Below are positions 9,422 through 19,904 of a DNA stretch of 64,000 nucleotides, piece after piece (position 1 is the first letter of the stretch; each line of letters starts with the position of its first letter). A model generated the notes under the pieces. It saw nothing but the letters and a program-made list of their open reading frames with translations, was not told the DNA's origin and did not search any database. The stretch lies in the NCBI GenBank assembly GCA_028066245.1, contig JALCBR010000008.1:10771-74770 (forward strand), given 5' to 3'. The position numbers were made by a program, and so were the translations under genes. The DNA is from Pirellulales bacterium. GTDB lineage: Bacteria > Planctomycetota > Planctomycetia > Pirellulales > S012-138.

Positions 9422-10420
9422 CTAGCTTTCCGCGAAAGCGGAATCAAACGCCTGATGGCTGGGCTGAAAATCCAAACCGCGGACAAACTCGCAGGCTTCC
9501 GCGGCGCCGTGCTTTCGGTCCATGCCAGAATCTTCCCACTCGACTGACAACGGACCGTCATAGCCGATATCGTTGAGGGCGCGGATGATCTCCTCAAAGT
9601 TGACGCCCCCCCGCCCAGGCGAGCGGAAATCCCAGCCGCGCCGGTGATCGCCAAAATTCAGATGGCTGGCCAAAATTCCAGAGCGGCCATCAAGCGTGAC
9701 GATGGCATCCTTGATGTGCACGTGATAGATGCGATCTGGAAATGCCCTGATGAATTCGACTGGCTCCACGCCCTGCCAGAGCAGATGGCTGGGATCAAAG
9801 TTGAAGCCAAACTCCTCACGATGACCCAACGCCTGCAATGCCCGCTCAGCCGTGTAGAGATCAAAAGCGATTTCCGTGGGATGAACTTCCAGGGCGAAGC
9901 GGACGCCGCACTCACCGAAGGTGTCCATGATTGGATGAAAGCGTTCCGCGAACAGCGCGAATCCGTCATCGATCATCGATTCCGGCACCGGCGGAAATGA
10001 ATAATTCAGGTGCCAGATGCTGGAGCCCGTGAAACCGTTGACGATGCCCACGCCCAGCCGCTGAGCAACCTTGGCGGTGTTCTTGAGTTCTTCCGCTGCA
10101 CGTGCGTTGACGCCGGCGGGATCACCATCTCCCCAAACGTACGAGGGCAAAATCGCCTGATGGCGAACATCGATGTTGTCACAGACAGCCTGACCGACCA
10201 AGTGCGCGCTGATGGCGTGCAGTTGCAGATCGTATCTTTCCAGAAGTTCTCGTTTGCCGGCGCAGTAGGCGTCATTGTCCAGTGCTTGCTCCACCTCCAT
10301 GTGATCGCCCCAGCAGGCAAGCTCCAAACCGTCATAGCCAAAGTCCCTGGCTTTGCGAGCCATATCTTCCAGCGGAAGATCCGCCCATTGACCGGTAAAC
10401 AAAGTAACGGGGCGGGGCAT
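9422..10420 (-). CDS. sugar phosphate isomerase/epimerase (xylose isomerase-like TIM barrel)
   Basis: 332 aa. The N-terminal [24 protein letters not shown] and HVHIKDA segments are typical of this family. Confidence 0.7.
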   Translation of the reverse strand: MPRPVTLFTGQWADLPLEDMARKARDFGYDGLELACWGDHMEVEQALDNDAYCAGKRELLERYDLQLHAISAHLVGQAVCDNIDVRHQAILPSYVWGDGDPAGVNARAAEELKNTAKVAQRLGVGIVNGFTGSSIWHLNYSFPPVPESMIDDGFALFAERFHPIMDTFGECGVRFALEVHPTEIAFDLYTAERALQALGHREEFGFNFDPSHLLWQGVEPVEFIRAFPDRIYHVHIKDAIVTLDGRSGILASHLNFGDHRRGWDFRSPGRGGVNFEEIIRALNDIGYDGPLSVEWEDSGMDRKHGAAEACEFVRGLDFQPSHQAFDSAFAES

Positions 10421-10663
10421 TGATGAACTCCAAAATCAATGACGGTGCAAAAGAGAGTTCGAGCAGGGCGCCAGACTCTCACATTGCGTGGCAGACGAAG
10501 TGAGCATTTTGGCAGAAATTTGGCGCGATGCAACGACGTGCCGGAACCGAGTTCCCAACGTCAAGATCGCGGTTGCCGGTTGCGCAAAGAGATTGGCTGA
10601 AGTGCTAAATCCGTGAGTACGCAGCACAAGGAAACAATGTATCAAGAGTCTGCGCGGCCGCGA

Positions 10664-12277
10664 TCACACTTGACCGCCGGGAGACGTATCCACGGTCTTT
10701 TCGTTGAGCAGGTTGCCGAGTTCCTCTTCGGCCATATCATCATTGTTGATTTGCACGGCGCGAATGAAAAACACCTTGAGCCAGCGTACGGAAGGATTTT
10801 CGCGTGTGTCGAAGGGGTTGAAGACGTCTTGGGGAATCTCGGCAAACTTGACCCACGTTTGTTGGGCCTTATCACGCTCTCCATCAAACGTGTAAACGAC
10901 GTATTTCCCAGCCAACCCCACGGCTCGGTCAAATTGGTTCACATCCTCAGACCGTTGCGAGAACTCGTCAAAGATGACCATGGCGTCATCCAGCTTGTCA
11001 TTCTGTAGGTAAACACGGGCTAACTCGCGCTTGGCGCGGTCATCAAAGTCACTGCCGCCATGGTATTCCAGTACGGCTTGCCATGGGCGCGGATCATCCT
11101 TACGGCTAAACACGGCGCGGTAATATTGCGCCGATGCGGAATCCATTCGTGGGATACCCAGTGAATCTTCCGGATTGACGGTCAACAGATCTGATTCTCG
11201 CGTGGCGAAGCTGACCGAGGCACCAATAGCGATCGCCAGCAGGATGGCAACGACACCACCGACGATACGGTACAGCCCGCGTCGCCGGTCCCGCATTTGC
11301 AAGGCCATCGTCTGCATGACCGCATTCAAGCGTTCCGTGGATCGCAAGCGTTCCTTGGCGTCTTTGCGCAATGTTTCCGTCAATTCCAAGTCAGGCATGC
11401 CATCATCGGCATCTCCCCCCAAGGCCTTGAGGTCTCGCAGCAGATCTAGCGCGCTGGCAAACCGGTGTGAAGGTTCTTTGGCCAGCATCTTGTGAACGAC
11501 CCGACACATATTGGCAGGCAAATCCGGCCGTACGGTTTCCAGGCGTTCCGGATCATTCTTGATGTGCTGCACGGCAACAGACAACGCTGTCTCGCCACGG
11601 AACGGCGGAATGCCGGCAAGCATGTGGTAGCAAGTTACGCCCAGTGAGTAGATGTCGCTGCGATGATCGATGGGCTTGCCTTCGACCTGTTCCGGACTCA
11701 TGTACAGCGGAGTCCCCATTGCCACGCCAATCTGGGTGAGGTTGGTGGGCGTCCCTTCGCGCACAACGCGCGCTAGACCAAAGTCAGCGACTTTGACGTC
11801 ACCGTCATAGGTCAGCAGGATGTTCTCCGGCTTGATATCGCGATGCACGATTCCGCGCTCGCCGGCCCTATGCAACGCGGCTGCGACCTGACGCATGATC
11901 CGCAAGGCGGTCTTGAACCCCAGTGTGCCGTGCTTGACCAGATACTCGCGGAGATTAGGCCCTTGGACATATTCTTGGGCGATGTAGTGATTCCCCTCGA
12001 TCTCACCGACTTCATAGATTTGCACGATGTTGGCGTGCACGAGCGCAGCGACCGCCTGAGCTTCAACGTGAAACCGCTTAACGTATTTTGGTTCAGACGC
12101 CAGATTGCGACGCAAGATCTTGAAGGCGACTTGCCGCCGGAGCGAGAGTTGCTCGGCCAAGTAGACTTCGGCCATTCCGCCACGACCCAGACGGCGCAGC
12201 AGCCGGTAGTCACCTAGCTCGCGGCCGGAAAGATCAAAGCCTTGCTGCTCGTCTTCGTGCGATGGAATTGTGTTCAT
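10664..12277 (-). CDS. Ser/Thr protein kinase with TM helix and extracytoplasmic helical-repeat domain
   Basis: The Gly-loop and VAFK lysine are present, with HRDIKPENILL, DFGLAR and GTPLYMSPEQ. The TM helix is IVGGVVAILLAIAIGASVSF. Confidence 0.9.
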   Translation of the reverse strand: MNTIPSHEDEQQGFDLSGRELGDYRLLRRLGRGGMAEVYLAEQLSLRRQVAFKILRRNLASEPKYVKRFHVEAQAVAALVHANIVQIYEVGEIEGNHYIAQEYVQGPNLREYLVKHGTLGFKTALRIMRQVAAALHRAGERGIVHRDIKPENILLTYDGDVKVADFGLARVVREGTPTNLTQIGVAMGTPLYMSPEQVEGKPIDHRSDIYSLGVTCYHMLAGIPPFRGETALSVAVQHIKNDPERLETVRPDLPANMCRVVHKMLAKEPSHRFASALDLLRDLKALGGDADDGMPDLELTETLRKDAKERLRSTERLNAVMQTMALQMRDRRRGLYRIVGGVVAILLAIAIGASVSFATRESDLLTVNPEDSLGIPRMDSASAQYYRAVFSRKDDPRPWQAVLEYHGGSDFDDRAKRELARVYLQNDKLDDAMVIFDEFSQRSEDVNQFDRAVGLAGKYVVYTFDGERDKAQQTWVKFAEIPQDVFNPFDTRENPSVRWLKVFFIRAVQINNDDMAEEELGNLLNEKTVDTSPGGQV

Positions 12278-12429
12278 GGTCTCGGCGAACTACCAAGCGG
12301 GGCTGCCGGTCAGAGTTGACGATGAGCCTTACGATACCCATTCTTGGCCCAATCAGCCGGAAAGAAAAGATATTTCCACCGGCGACTTCCCGATATGGCC
12401 TACCAGACGACGTAAAAACCGAGAACAAA

Positions 12430-13350
12430 TCAATCACCGTCTGCGGTGATTTCAGTCATCTCCTTGACGCGACGCTTGATCAGCGTGAGTTCGTTACCCG
12501 CGTCATTGTATCGGACTTCATCCATAATCAGTCGCATGAGTTGTACGCCGCGACCGTTGGGTTTTTCCAAGTTCGCCGGGTCCGTGGGGTCTGGCAGATC
12601 ATCGAGAGAAAAACCTTCGCCCTGATCGCGGATCACAAACTTGGCTTCCTCCGGAGTCAACGTTGCATCTAAGAAGATACGACGGTCTTTAAATTCAGAG
12701 CGATTCCGTCGTTCCTCAATCACGGCATCCAGATGTTCCGCTGCGTCCGCGTTGCGGTCATGCAAGTCAATCCTCAGGTTGCCATGCAAGAGCGCATTAG
12801 TCAGCGCCTCCTCCAACGCCACGCCAACTCGAACGCGGTCCGTGGCGTCACACACGCCGGTCAAGGTGACGCATGCCTGAAGGTAGGCAATCAGCGGCGC
12901 GATCAACCTGCGATCGTTCTCCAGGATAAAGTTGCAGTGGTTGCTTTTCATACATGTCATCAAGCGAGCTTGTTCCACTTGTCGAGCGGAAAGCGCAAGC
13001 ACGCGACGGACGACGCTCAGAAGTTCATTGGCTAGAGAGTTCTTGGGAACATAACTGGCGGCGCCGCGTTGCATCGCAGCAACGGCCAATTCCTCATTGC
13101 CCTGCGACGTCATCAATACGATCGGGATTAAGCGGAAACGTCCTTTGACGATAGCGACCAGCTCCAGGCCATCGATTTCCGGCATGAAGAGATCCGTTAG
13201 GACAAGGTCGGGCGCGTCCAATTCAATCTGGGCGAGAGCTTGCTGCCCGCTAGTGGCATAGGAGACGTCGTATTCTTCGACCTTATCCAGAAGCGCACCA
13301 ACCAGCCGGCGATCAACCGACGAGTCATCCACGACCAGGATCTTTGCCAT
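12430..13350 (-). CDS. response regulator receiver fused to an RsbW-like (HATPase_c_2) serine-kinase/anti-sigma domain
   Basis: The REC domain reads ILVVDDS...LVLTDLFMPEIDG...K. The C-terminal part has the N-box-like EEALTNALLHGN, the G-box VIRDQGEGF, and NGRGVQLMRLIMDEV. Confidence 0.7.
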   Translation of the reverse strand: MAKILVVDDSSVDRRLVGALLDKVEEYDVSYATSGQQALAQIELDAPDLVLTDLFMPEIDGLELVAIVKGRFRLIPIVLMTSQGNEELAVAAMQRGAASYVPKNSLANELLSVVRRVLALSARQVEQARLMTCMKSNHCNFILENDRRLIAPLIAYLQACVTLTGVCDATDRVRVGVALEEALTNALLHGNLRIDLHDRNADAAEHLDAVIEERRNRSEFKDRRIFLDATLTPEEAKFVIRDQGEGFSLDDLPDPTDPANLEKPNGRGVQLMRLIMDEVRYNDAGNELTLIKRRVKEMTEITADGD

Positions 13351-13486
13351 GGTTCATTCCCAATTGAAGACGAGAATGTCGCAGCGGTGAGCGGACTCGC
13401 CAGTAAGATGAATCTTAATCGAAAACGCTTGAAGGACGCCGCCGGTTGGCGAACGGAACAAGCCAACTCCTGCCCAACTTGCTGTG

Positions 13487-16400
13487 TCACTTGCGGTCTC
13501 GCGAGCGAAATTCCTCTGCGGCCTCAGGCTCGCGCAGAAATCTTCGCAGCAGAGGGTCGATGGCGGCCAATTCGTGCCGCAGTGAATCAACCGCGTCCGA
13601 AGCTTCCGCCATCGTACCATCCTCTGCGCCAGATTCGAGCTTGAACGCCAAATCATAGGCCGTCTTGGCGCCAAAATAACGCAGCGACCCTTTGATGGTG
13701 TGTGCAGCCATGCGCACCTGCTTCGCTTTCGATTTCGCGATCCCGTCAGTCAATTGCTGCATGAGTTGCGGTAATTCTTGCAGAAACGCGCCTATCAACT
13801 CCCGGAGCAACTCCAGATCTCCGTCGACCGTTTCCCAGGCAGTATGCCAATCCAGCCGCTCTGGTGAAGTTATCCAGCTAGAATCTGGGCTTGTTTCTTG
13901 CGGCGGCGAGTCCCTGCGGCCGACGAGTTGATTGATTGTCTCATAAAGTACCTCTGACCGGATTGGCTTGGCGACATAATCATCCATGCCTGCCTCCAGA
14001 CATCGCTCGCGATCACCCTGCATGGCGTGCGCAGTCATGGCGATGATCGGCAAATGGGTGCCCGTTTGCTGTTCGTGTTTGCGAATCGCGGCGGTAGCCT
14101 CCAGCCCATCCATCTGCGGCATCTGCACATCCATCAGGACCACATCAAACTCATGTTGCTCCAGAGCCTTCAATGCGTCTTCGCCGTTTTCCACAACATG
14201 AACATGGTGCCCTTTCTTCTGCAGCAATCCAATAGCAAGCTTCTGGTTGACCAGGCTGTCTTCAGCCAGCAAGATCTTCAACCCTGTCGAGACCACGGCC
14301 GTTTCTTCGGTCGTCCCTGTGGAAGTGGAGGTGGAGACGCGGGGTTGGGGGTCGGAATCGTTGAGACTGACAACAACGGAGGTAATGTTGTCCAGTAGTT
14401 CCGATTGTTTGACCGGCTTGGTCAAATAGCGCGAGATGCCCAGTTGTTCACAGCGTTCGATGTCGTCGGGCCGTCCGCCGGACGTCAGCATCAGGATTAA
14501 AGTGGGCGCGGTCTCTGCGTTGCCGCGGATCTGTTCAGTCAGTTGGAAGCCGTCCACAACCGGCATGTTTCCGTCGACCAATGCCAGAAGGAAGGGATTG
14601 CCTTCGGCCGCTGCCTGGGTCAATTGCGACATCGCCGCGTTTGCGTCAGCCACGACGGTGGGACGCATTCCCCAATTGACGAGTTGACCTTGCAGGATGC
14701 GGCCATTGGTTGCATTGTCGTCCACGACCAACACGGGCAAGCCGCGCAAGCTCTCCCCAGCTTGCGGCAATTCCTCGGGAGCAGTGTCTGTCAGCGAAAT
14801 CGGGCAGGTGAAATGGAACCGGCTACCACGACCGGGTTCGCTATCAACCCAGATCTCCCCTCCTAACAGCGTCACCAAACGCTGCGTGATGGCCAACCCC
14901 AGCCCTGTCCCGGCAAACCGCCGCGTGCTGGACGTATCAACTTGCTCAAAAGCTTCAAAAATTGAGTCCAAGTCTTTCTGAGCGATTCCGATGCCCGTGT
15001 CGCGTACGACGAATTTCAGGACGGCCGTGTTGTCTTGACGAGATTCAAGCTCGACGTTGACAACAACTTCCCCGCGTTCCGTAAACTTAATGGCGTTGCC
15101 GATCAAATTAGTCAGGATCTGTCGCAGTCGACTTCCATCGCCAATCACAAACTCCGGCACGTCCGGTTGGACGTCATGGGCGAGTTCCAAGTGACGTTCA
15201 TGCGCTTGCACACCCAACGACTTGAGCAAATCACCGACCAGCTCACGAACGCGGATATTGCCGTGGGTGACCTCCAGCTTTCCTGCCTCGATCTTGGAGT
15301 AGTCCAACACGTCATTGATGATGGTCAACAGGGACTCTGCGGAGGTCTGCACCATCTGCAGGTAGTCACGTTGCATCGTTTCCAGCGGCGTGTCCAGCAC
15401 AAGCTCCGTCAGGCCGATGATCGCGTTCATGGGCGTGCGGATTTCATGGCTCATGTTCGCCAAAAAACGACTCTTAGCCTCATTGGCAGCATCCGCCTGT
15501 TCCTTGGCAGCCTGTAGGTCCGCCAGCGCGCGGCGCCTCTCCGTAATATCCACCGCAACGCAAATGCATTCATCTCCAGATTCTTCCAGCATGGTCACGC
15601 CCACCAAGGCCGGCACGCGGGTTCCATCTTTGCGAAAGTAGTCCTTCTCTCGCACAGTGCAGACGCCGGTTGATCTCAGCGTTTCAATAGCAGCACGAGT
15701 TGATTCTTGATAGGGGCCAGGCGTCATTTCCTCCCAGTTCAACTTGCCCTGTTTGAGGTCCGCTCGCGTATAGCCGGTCATCTGCAAGAAAGCGTCGTTG
15801 GCTTCCACAATTCTCCCGTCAAAATGGTCAACGGTGATGCCGACAATGTTGGACTCAACAAGCCGGCGAAAACGGGCGTCGCTCTTGCGGAGTGCTTCCT
15901 CAGCTTGTCGGCGTGAAGTAATATCGTGCAAGAAAGCGCTGAAGACGTACGTCTCGCCAAAGGGCAACGGCGTAATTGTCATTTCGACGGGGAAGAGTGT
16001 ACCGTCACGTCGCAGTGCCTCGGTCTCAAATCGCCGATTGAGAAAAGCACCTTCCCCTCCCTCAAGATAGCTATTGATTCCCGAGGCTGCCGCAGCCCGC
16101 CTCGGCTCCGGCACGATCAACTCGTACAACGGTTGGCCGACTGCTTCCGCTGCCTTCCAGCCGAAAGTCCGCTCGGCTTCGCGGTTCCATTCAATGACAT
16201 TTCCTTCCGCGTTGATCGCGATGAAGGCGTCATGCGCGGACTCGACCACGCGTCTCATCCGCATTTGCGTTTCGTGCAACGCTTGTTCTGCGCGTTCCCG
16301 TTCCGTTACGTCCAGGCAGACCCCCGTCATGCGGATCGGCTTTCCATCCGCGTCTCGTACCACGGCGGCCCGTGAGACGATGTTCCGAATTTCGCCACTC

Positions 16401-17806
16401 TGCGTCTTGGGATCGCCGCGCAAGATGCGGAAATCGACGTCGTAGTCTTTGTTGTTTTCCGTTGCATCACGGATCGCAGACCGCACGGCGGCACGATCGT
16501 CTGGATGCACGCGTTGGAAGAAACCCTCAATGGCACCTTGGAATTCACTGGACTCCCAACCGAAGATCTTGTGTAGCCGCTGATCGCACAGCAGCGAGTC
16601 CTCCTCGATACTCCAAGTCCAGGTGCCAATCTTGGCGGCTTCCATCGCCAGGTTTCGGCGGTCTTCGCTTTCTTGCAGGGCAAGTTCTGCTTGTTTTCGT
16701 CCTGTAATATCCGTGGAAATTCCGGCGACCGCGTAGGTGTCACCTTGCGCGTTGCGGAGCGGGAATTTGACGCTCAAGTAAGTGTGAGGACCGTCATCGT
16801 GGGTGACGATTTCTTCGAATTCCAGAATCCTGCCTGTTTCCAACACCTTGCGATCATTGGCTTGGAAAGCCTCGGCGAGTTCGCGCGGCCAAATATCGAA
16901 GTCGGTCTTACCGATCACATCTGAGTTTTCCACACCCAAGAGCTGCTCATACCGACGGTTGATCATCAAGTAGCGGAACTCTTCATTTTTCAAAGAGATC
17001 ACCGAGGCGGTATTGTCCATGATGGCCGTGAGTCTGGCTTCGCTCTCGCGGTGCGCCTCTTCCGCTCGTTCGCGGGATGTCACGTCCCAAAACATCCCCT
17101 GCACGCCAACGATTTGGCCGCTGGAGTCTCGCACGGGAGCTTTGAGTATCTGGACAAGCATTTCCGTTCCATCCGGTCCAGGATGTCGCTCGATGTCTTC
17201 AAGGCTTTCCCCGGTGGTGAGGACATGCTCATCATCCTTGACGTATTTCTCCGCAAGTTCTTGTGGAAACAGGTCGTGGTCGGTCTTGCCGATCAGATCC
17301 TCGAGTTCGTATCCCAACGCCTGGCGGAACTTGAGGCTGCCGTAGACAATGCGTCCCTTGACGTCCTTGCGAAAGATGTTGATTGGCAGGCCATCAATCA
17401 AGGTTCTGTAGAAGATCTCGCTCTCGCGAAGCGCTTTCTCCGCTTTCTTGCGAAGCTTCTCCGCCCTACGCAGGTCACTTTCTGCGCGGGATCTCATCAG
17501 CCACGGAACCAGGGCAACCCAAGATACAGCCGCGCCCCATGCCACCAGCGCAATCAACGCCTTGGAGAGTACGCTGAGCGGTTTGGCCATGCTCCAATCG
17601 AAAGCGAACCCCATCAGCTCGACCGCCCCAAATGCCAGCACATAGGTACTGACATACCAGAACACCCGAGGGAACGGCAGATCGCGCCGACGCAAGATGT
17701 AGAACAACAGAACGGCCACTGTTGTGCCGTACAGCAGCCAAACAGTGGCGTTGACAAGCCACGTCAGCGTGCTTCCGTCGGGCGCCATCTGGCTAAGAAT
17801 GCCCAT
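13487..17806 (-). CDS. hybrid sensor histidine kinase (4 TM, about 5 PAS, HisKA, HATPase, 2x REC, HPt)
   Basis: H-box [10 protein letters not shown]-box [11 protein letters not shown]-boxes DTGIGI and GTGLGLAI. The receivers read [15 protein letters not shown] and [19 protein letters not shown]. The HPt motif is [12 protein letters not shown]. Repeated PAS segments are present. Confidence 0.9.
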   Translation of the reverse strand: MGILSQMAPDGSTLTWLVNATVWLLYGTTVAVLLFYILRRRDLPFPRVFWYVSTYVLAFGAVELMGFAFDWSMAKPLSVLSKALIALVAWGAAVSWVALVPWLMRSRAESDLRRAEKLRKKAEKALRESEIFYRTLIDGLPINIFRKDVKGRIVYGSLKFRQALGYELEDLIGKTDHDLFPQELAEKYVKDDEHVLTTGESLEDIERHPGPDGTEMLVQILKAPVRDSSGQIVGVQGMFWDVTSRERAEEAHRESEARLTAIMDNTASVISLKNEEFRYLMINRRYEQLLGVENSDVIGKTDFDIWPRELAEAFQANDRKVLETGRILEFEEIVTHDDGPHTYLSVKFPLRNAQGDTYAVAGISTDITGRKQAELALQESEDRRNLAMEAAKIGTWTWSIEEDSLLCDQRLHKIFGWESSEFQGAIEGFFQRVHPDDRAAVRSAIRDATENNKDYDVDFRILRGDPKTQSGEIRNIVSRAAVVRDADGKPIRMTGVCLDVTERERAEQALHETQMRMRRVVESAHDAFIAINAEGNVIEWNREAERTFGWKAAEAVGQPLYELIVPEPRRAAAASGINSYLEGGEGAFLNRRFETEALRRDGTLFPVEMTITPLPFGETYVFSAFLHDITSRRQAEEALRKSDARFRRLVESNIVGITVDHFDGRIVEANDAFLQMTGYTRADLKQGKLNWEEMTPGPYQESTRAAIETLRSTGVCTVREKDYFRKDGTRVPALVGVTMLEESGDECICVAVDITERRRALADLQAAKEQADAANEAKSRFLANMSHEIRTPMNAIIGLTELVLDTPLETMQRDYLQMVQTSAESLLTIINDVLDYSKIEAGKLEVTHGNIRVRELVGDLLKSLGVQAHERHLELAHDVQPDVPEFVIGDGSRLRQILTNLIGNAIKFTERGEVVVNVELESRQDNTAVLKFVVRDTGIGIAQKDLDSIFEAFEQVDTSSTRRFAGTGLGLAITQRLVTLLGGEIWVDSEPGRGSRFHFTCPISLTDTAPEELPQAGESLRGLPVLVVDDNATNGRILQGQLVNWGMRPTVVADANAAMSQLTQAAAEGNPFLLALVDGNMPVVDGFQLTEQIRGNAETAPTLILMLTSGGRPDDIERCEQLGISRYLTKPVKQSELLDNITSVVVSLNDSDPQPRVSTSTSTGTTEETAVVSTGLKILLAEDSLVNQKLAIGLLQKKGHHVHVVENGEDALKALEQHEFDVVLMDVQMPQMDGLEATAAIRKHEQQTGTHLPIIAMTAHAMQGDRERCLEAGMDDYVAKPIRSEVLYETINQLVGRRDSPPQETSPDSSWITSPERLDWHTAWETVDGDLELLRELIGAFLQELPQLMQQLTDGIAKSKAKQVRMAAHTIKGSLRYFGAKTAYDLAFKLESGAEDGTMAEASDAVDSLRHELAAIDPLLRRFLREPEAAEEFRSRDRK

Positions 17807-18053
17807 GCCACGCTACCTGAATTATCGCCAAACACACGAACCCCTTCTGCATGCAATTTTAGTCAGCGGAAGAGTCAGGAGCCAATCCATGGAGGCGATT
17901 GCAAACTGTTGTTTTTATGTGATTGGTCCCACTGCGTCTGGCTCTGCATGGGGAATGTCAAGCCACGCCTACGGGTTGTGAATGCCGATGTCTTGGTCTC
18001 ATCCCTCAAGTGTTTGCCGAGATTATTCCTGGTCTTTCCTGGCCAAATACTTC

Positions 18054-18773
18054 TTACCGCGTTTCCAATTCACTATCGTTCTCGTCATCTTCTTCATCTT
18101 CCAACAGGACTTCCCGCGAGAAGACATCTTGGGACAGGTCATCCGGCAACCTCGTTTCATCAACGGGGTCCGCGATTGGTTCGGCCGACAATTCCTCATC
18201 CTCGGTCTCTACACGGTCTAGGCCCAGCGATTCGATGGGTTCGGAGAGCAGGTCCTGTTCGGAAGCCTGCATTGTCGGCGCCGGCTCATCTTCCTCGATC
18301 GCGCGGACAACGACATGCAGCGCTCCCGCTTCCACGACTTCGACAAGTTGACCAGCTTCAATGGTCATGCCTCTACTCACGGCGTCGATCAGTTCGCCAT
18401 CAATCTCGACCGGGCCTGACGGCAACATCACGCTTTGAGCGCGACCACGCTTGCCGATCAACGCTTTGCGCGACGCTGTATCCGGCAGTACTTCATCGCT
18501 GCCGGGCACATTCAGCAGCACTTTGCGACCGATCGGAGTGTCCGGCCAGTATTTGAGCATCAATGCCACGGCGACCGGAACACCAATCACGGTTATCGCG
18601 AGAATGACCGTTCCTTCCACCCAACTGCCGAGATATCCCAGCACAATAGATGTAGCCAGGCAGGCAAGCGCCAAGATCCCAAGCAATCCGCCAGATGGGA
18701 TGAAGGCTTCGAGAATCAGAAACGCCAAACCGGCGAGAAAGAGAATGACGGCCCAAACCAACATTCCCGACAT
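18054..18773 (-). CDS. NfeD-family membrane protein with long acidic C-terminal tail
   Basis: N-terminal TM helices, the NfeD OB-fold-like segment GRGRAQSVMLPSGPVEIDGELIDAVSRGMTIEAGQLVEVVE, then an approximately 90-aa D/E-rich tail. Confidence 0.65.
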   Translation of the reverse strand: MSGMLVWAVILFLAGLAFLILEAFIPSGGLLGILALACLATSIVLGYLGSWVEGTVILAITVIGVPVAVALMLKYWPDTPIGRKVLLNVPGSDEVLPDTASRKALIGKRGRAQSVMLPSGPVEIDGELIDAVSRGMTIEAGQLVEVVEAGALHVVVRAIEEDEPAPTMQASEQDLLSEPIESLGLDRVETEDEELSAEPIADPVDETRLPDDLSQDVFSREVLLEDEEDDENDSELETR

Positions 18774-19193
18774 TATTACACCCTTTTAAGAGTTCAGATT
18801 GGTCAAACGCGCCCAGTCAGACTATCACATTAAGCAAAGCGAGTAAGACTGCGTGATATCTGGTTGCAACGCCGGCCTTTTCAACTGGGCAGTGGCCTCA
18901 AAGACAGGGGCTAATTTTGCGCCACGAATACCTGGCGACATGCGTCAAATACGCATGGTAACACCGTCAAGGTCGCAACATCTATTCTGCATTTTGCTTG
19001 ACGACTGGTACAGGCGCGAAAAAATGTGTCTTCATCGCTGAGAGTGGATCGGGCTGCGGTCCCGCGTATGCTTGATTTTCAAGAAGAATTCGCAAGTCGC
19101 TTGGCCGGTCAGTCTTGGACGACTGGTGCGCGTGATGTCATTTCAGCAACATACGTGGGGCCCTGGGCGTCAACGTTGAGTTAGCGCGCAAAG

Positions 19194-19652
19194 ATGAACC
19201 GCAAAGCAAATCGAGATCGGAGTGAGAGAAACTTACCCCGATGGCGAAGGTGGACGGGATGGCTCGTTCCACAACAGAACTTAGGCGAACGAGGAGAGCG
19301 AGTTGCCGAGCGGTTTCTTAAACGCCATGGGCTTAAGATCATCGGACGACGAGACCGCGGGCGTTGGGGTGAGCTGGATCTTGTGGCGACCGATGGTCAG
19401 GTTGTGATCTTTGTTGAAGTCAAGACGCGGACATCCCACATTGGCGGTGAGCCGTACGATGCAGTGAATGCGGAGAAGCAACGTCGGTTGACTCGCGCCG
19501 CCCTGGGGTTTCTCAAACGACACGGATTGACCGAGTACCCCGCGCGTTTTGACATAGTCTCCGTAACTTGGCAAGACTCGGCACGCCGCCCGAAGATCGA
19601 ACATATCGCAGGCGCGTTTGACGCTGTGGGGGTCGGGCAGATGTTCAGTTGA
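19194..19652 (+). CDS. yraN: YraN-family (UPF0102) endonuclease-like protein
   Basis: GERGERVAERFLKRHGLKIIGRRDRGRWGELDLVA...VIFVEVKTR is the typical YraN core. Confidence 0.75.
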   Translation: MNRKANRDRSERNLPRWRRWTGWLVPQQNLGERGERVAERFLKRHGLKIIGRRDRGRWGELDLVATDGQVVIFVEVKTRTSHIGGEPYDAVNAEKQRRLTRAALGFLKRHGLTEYPARFDIVSVTWQDSARRPKIEHIAGAFDAVGVGQMFS

Positions 19653-19845
19653 TGGATGTGTCCGATTCGTGCTGCGGAGTGCGTGATCGGTAATCGGACG
19701 CAATCACCTGTGGTGCGAAACTTTGGGGCAGTTATGCTCGGTCTTGAGATGCCCGGTTGTTCCAACCCTACCGTAAACTGGAGGAATAACGGAAAAGCGA
19801 TTTCGCCTGGCGGCGCAACAGGTTAACGCGCGGCTACTCCTAACA

Positions 19846-19888
19846 ATGAAAAGAGCACGACGTTGATTTAACGTCGTGCTCTTTTCAT
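19846..19888. terminator. bidirectional hairpin terminator between convergent genes
   Basis: A perfect 19-bp stem, ATGAAAAGAGCACGACGTT / AACGTCGTGCTCTTTTCAT, with a 5-nt loop. The A- and T-runs give a U-rich 3' side on both strands. Confidence 0.8.
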
Positions 19889-19904
19889 AAGCAGGGTGCG
19901 ACGG

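Noticed and set aside
17051-18556. 501-aa plus-strand ORF, the second-longest unexplained ORF in the track
   Set aside because: It runs antisense across the 5' end of the hybrid kinase gene, the intergenic region and most of nfeD. Its product is Arg/Pro/His-rich with no motifs. This is a typical shadow frame of GC-rich coding DNA.
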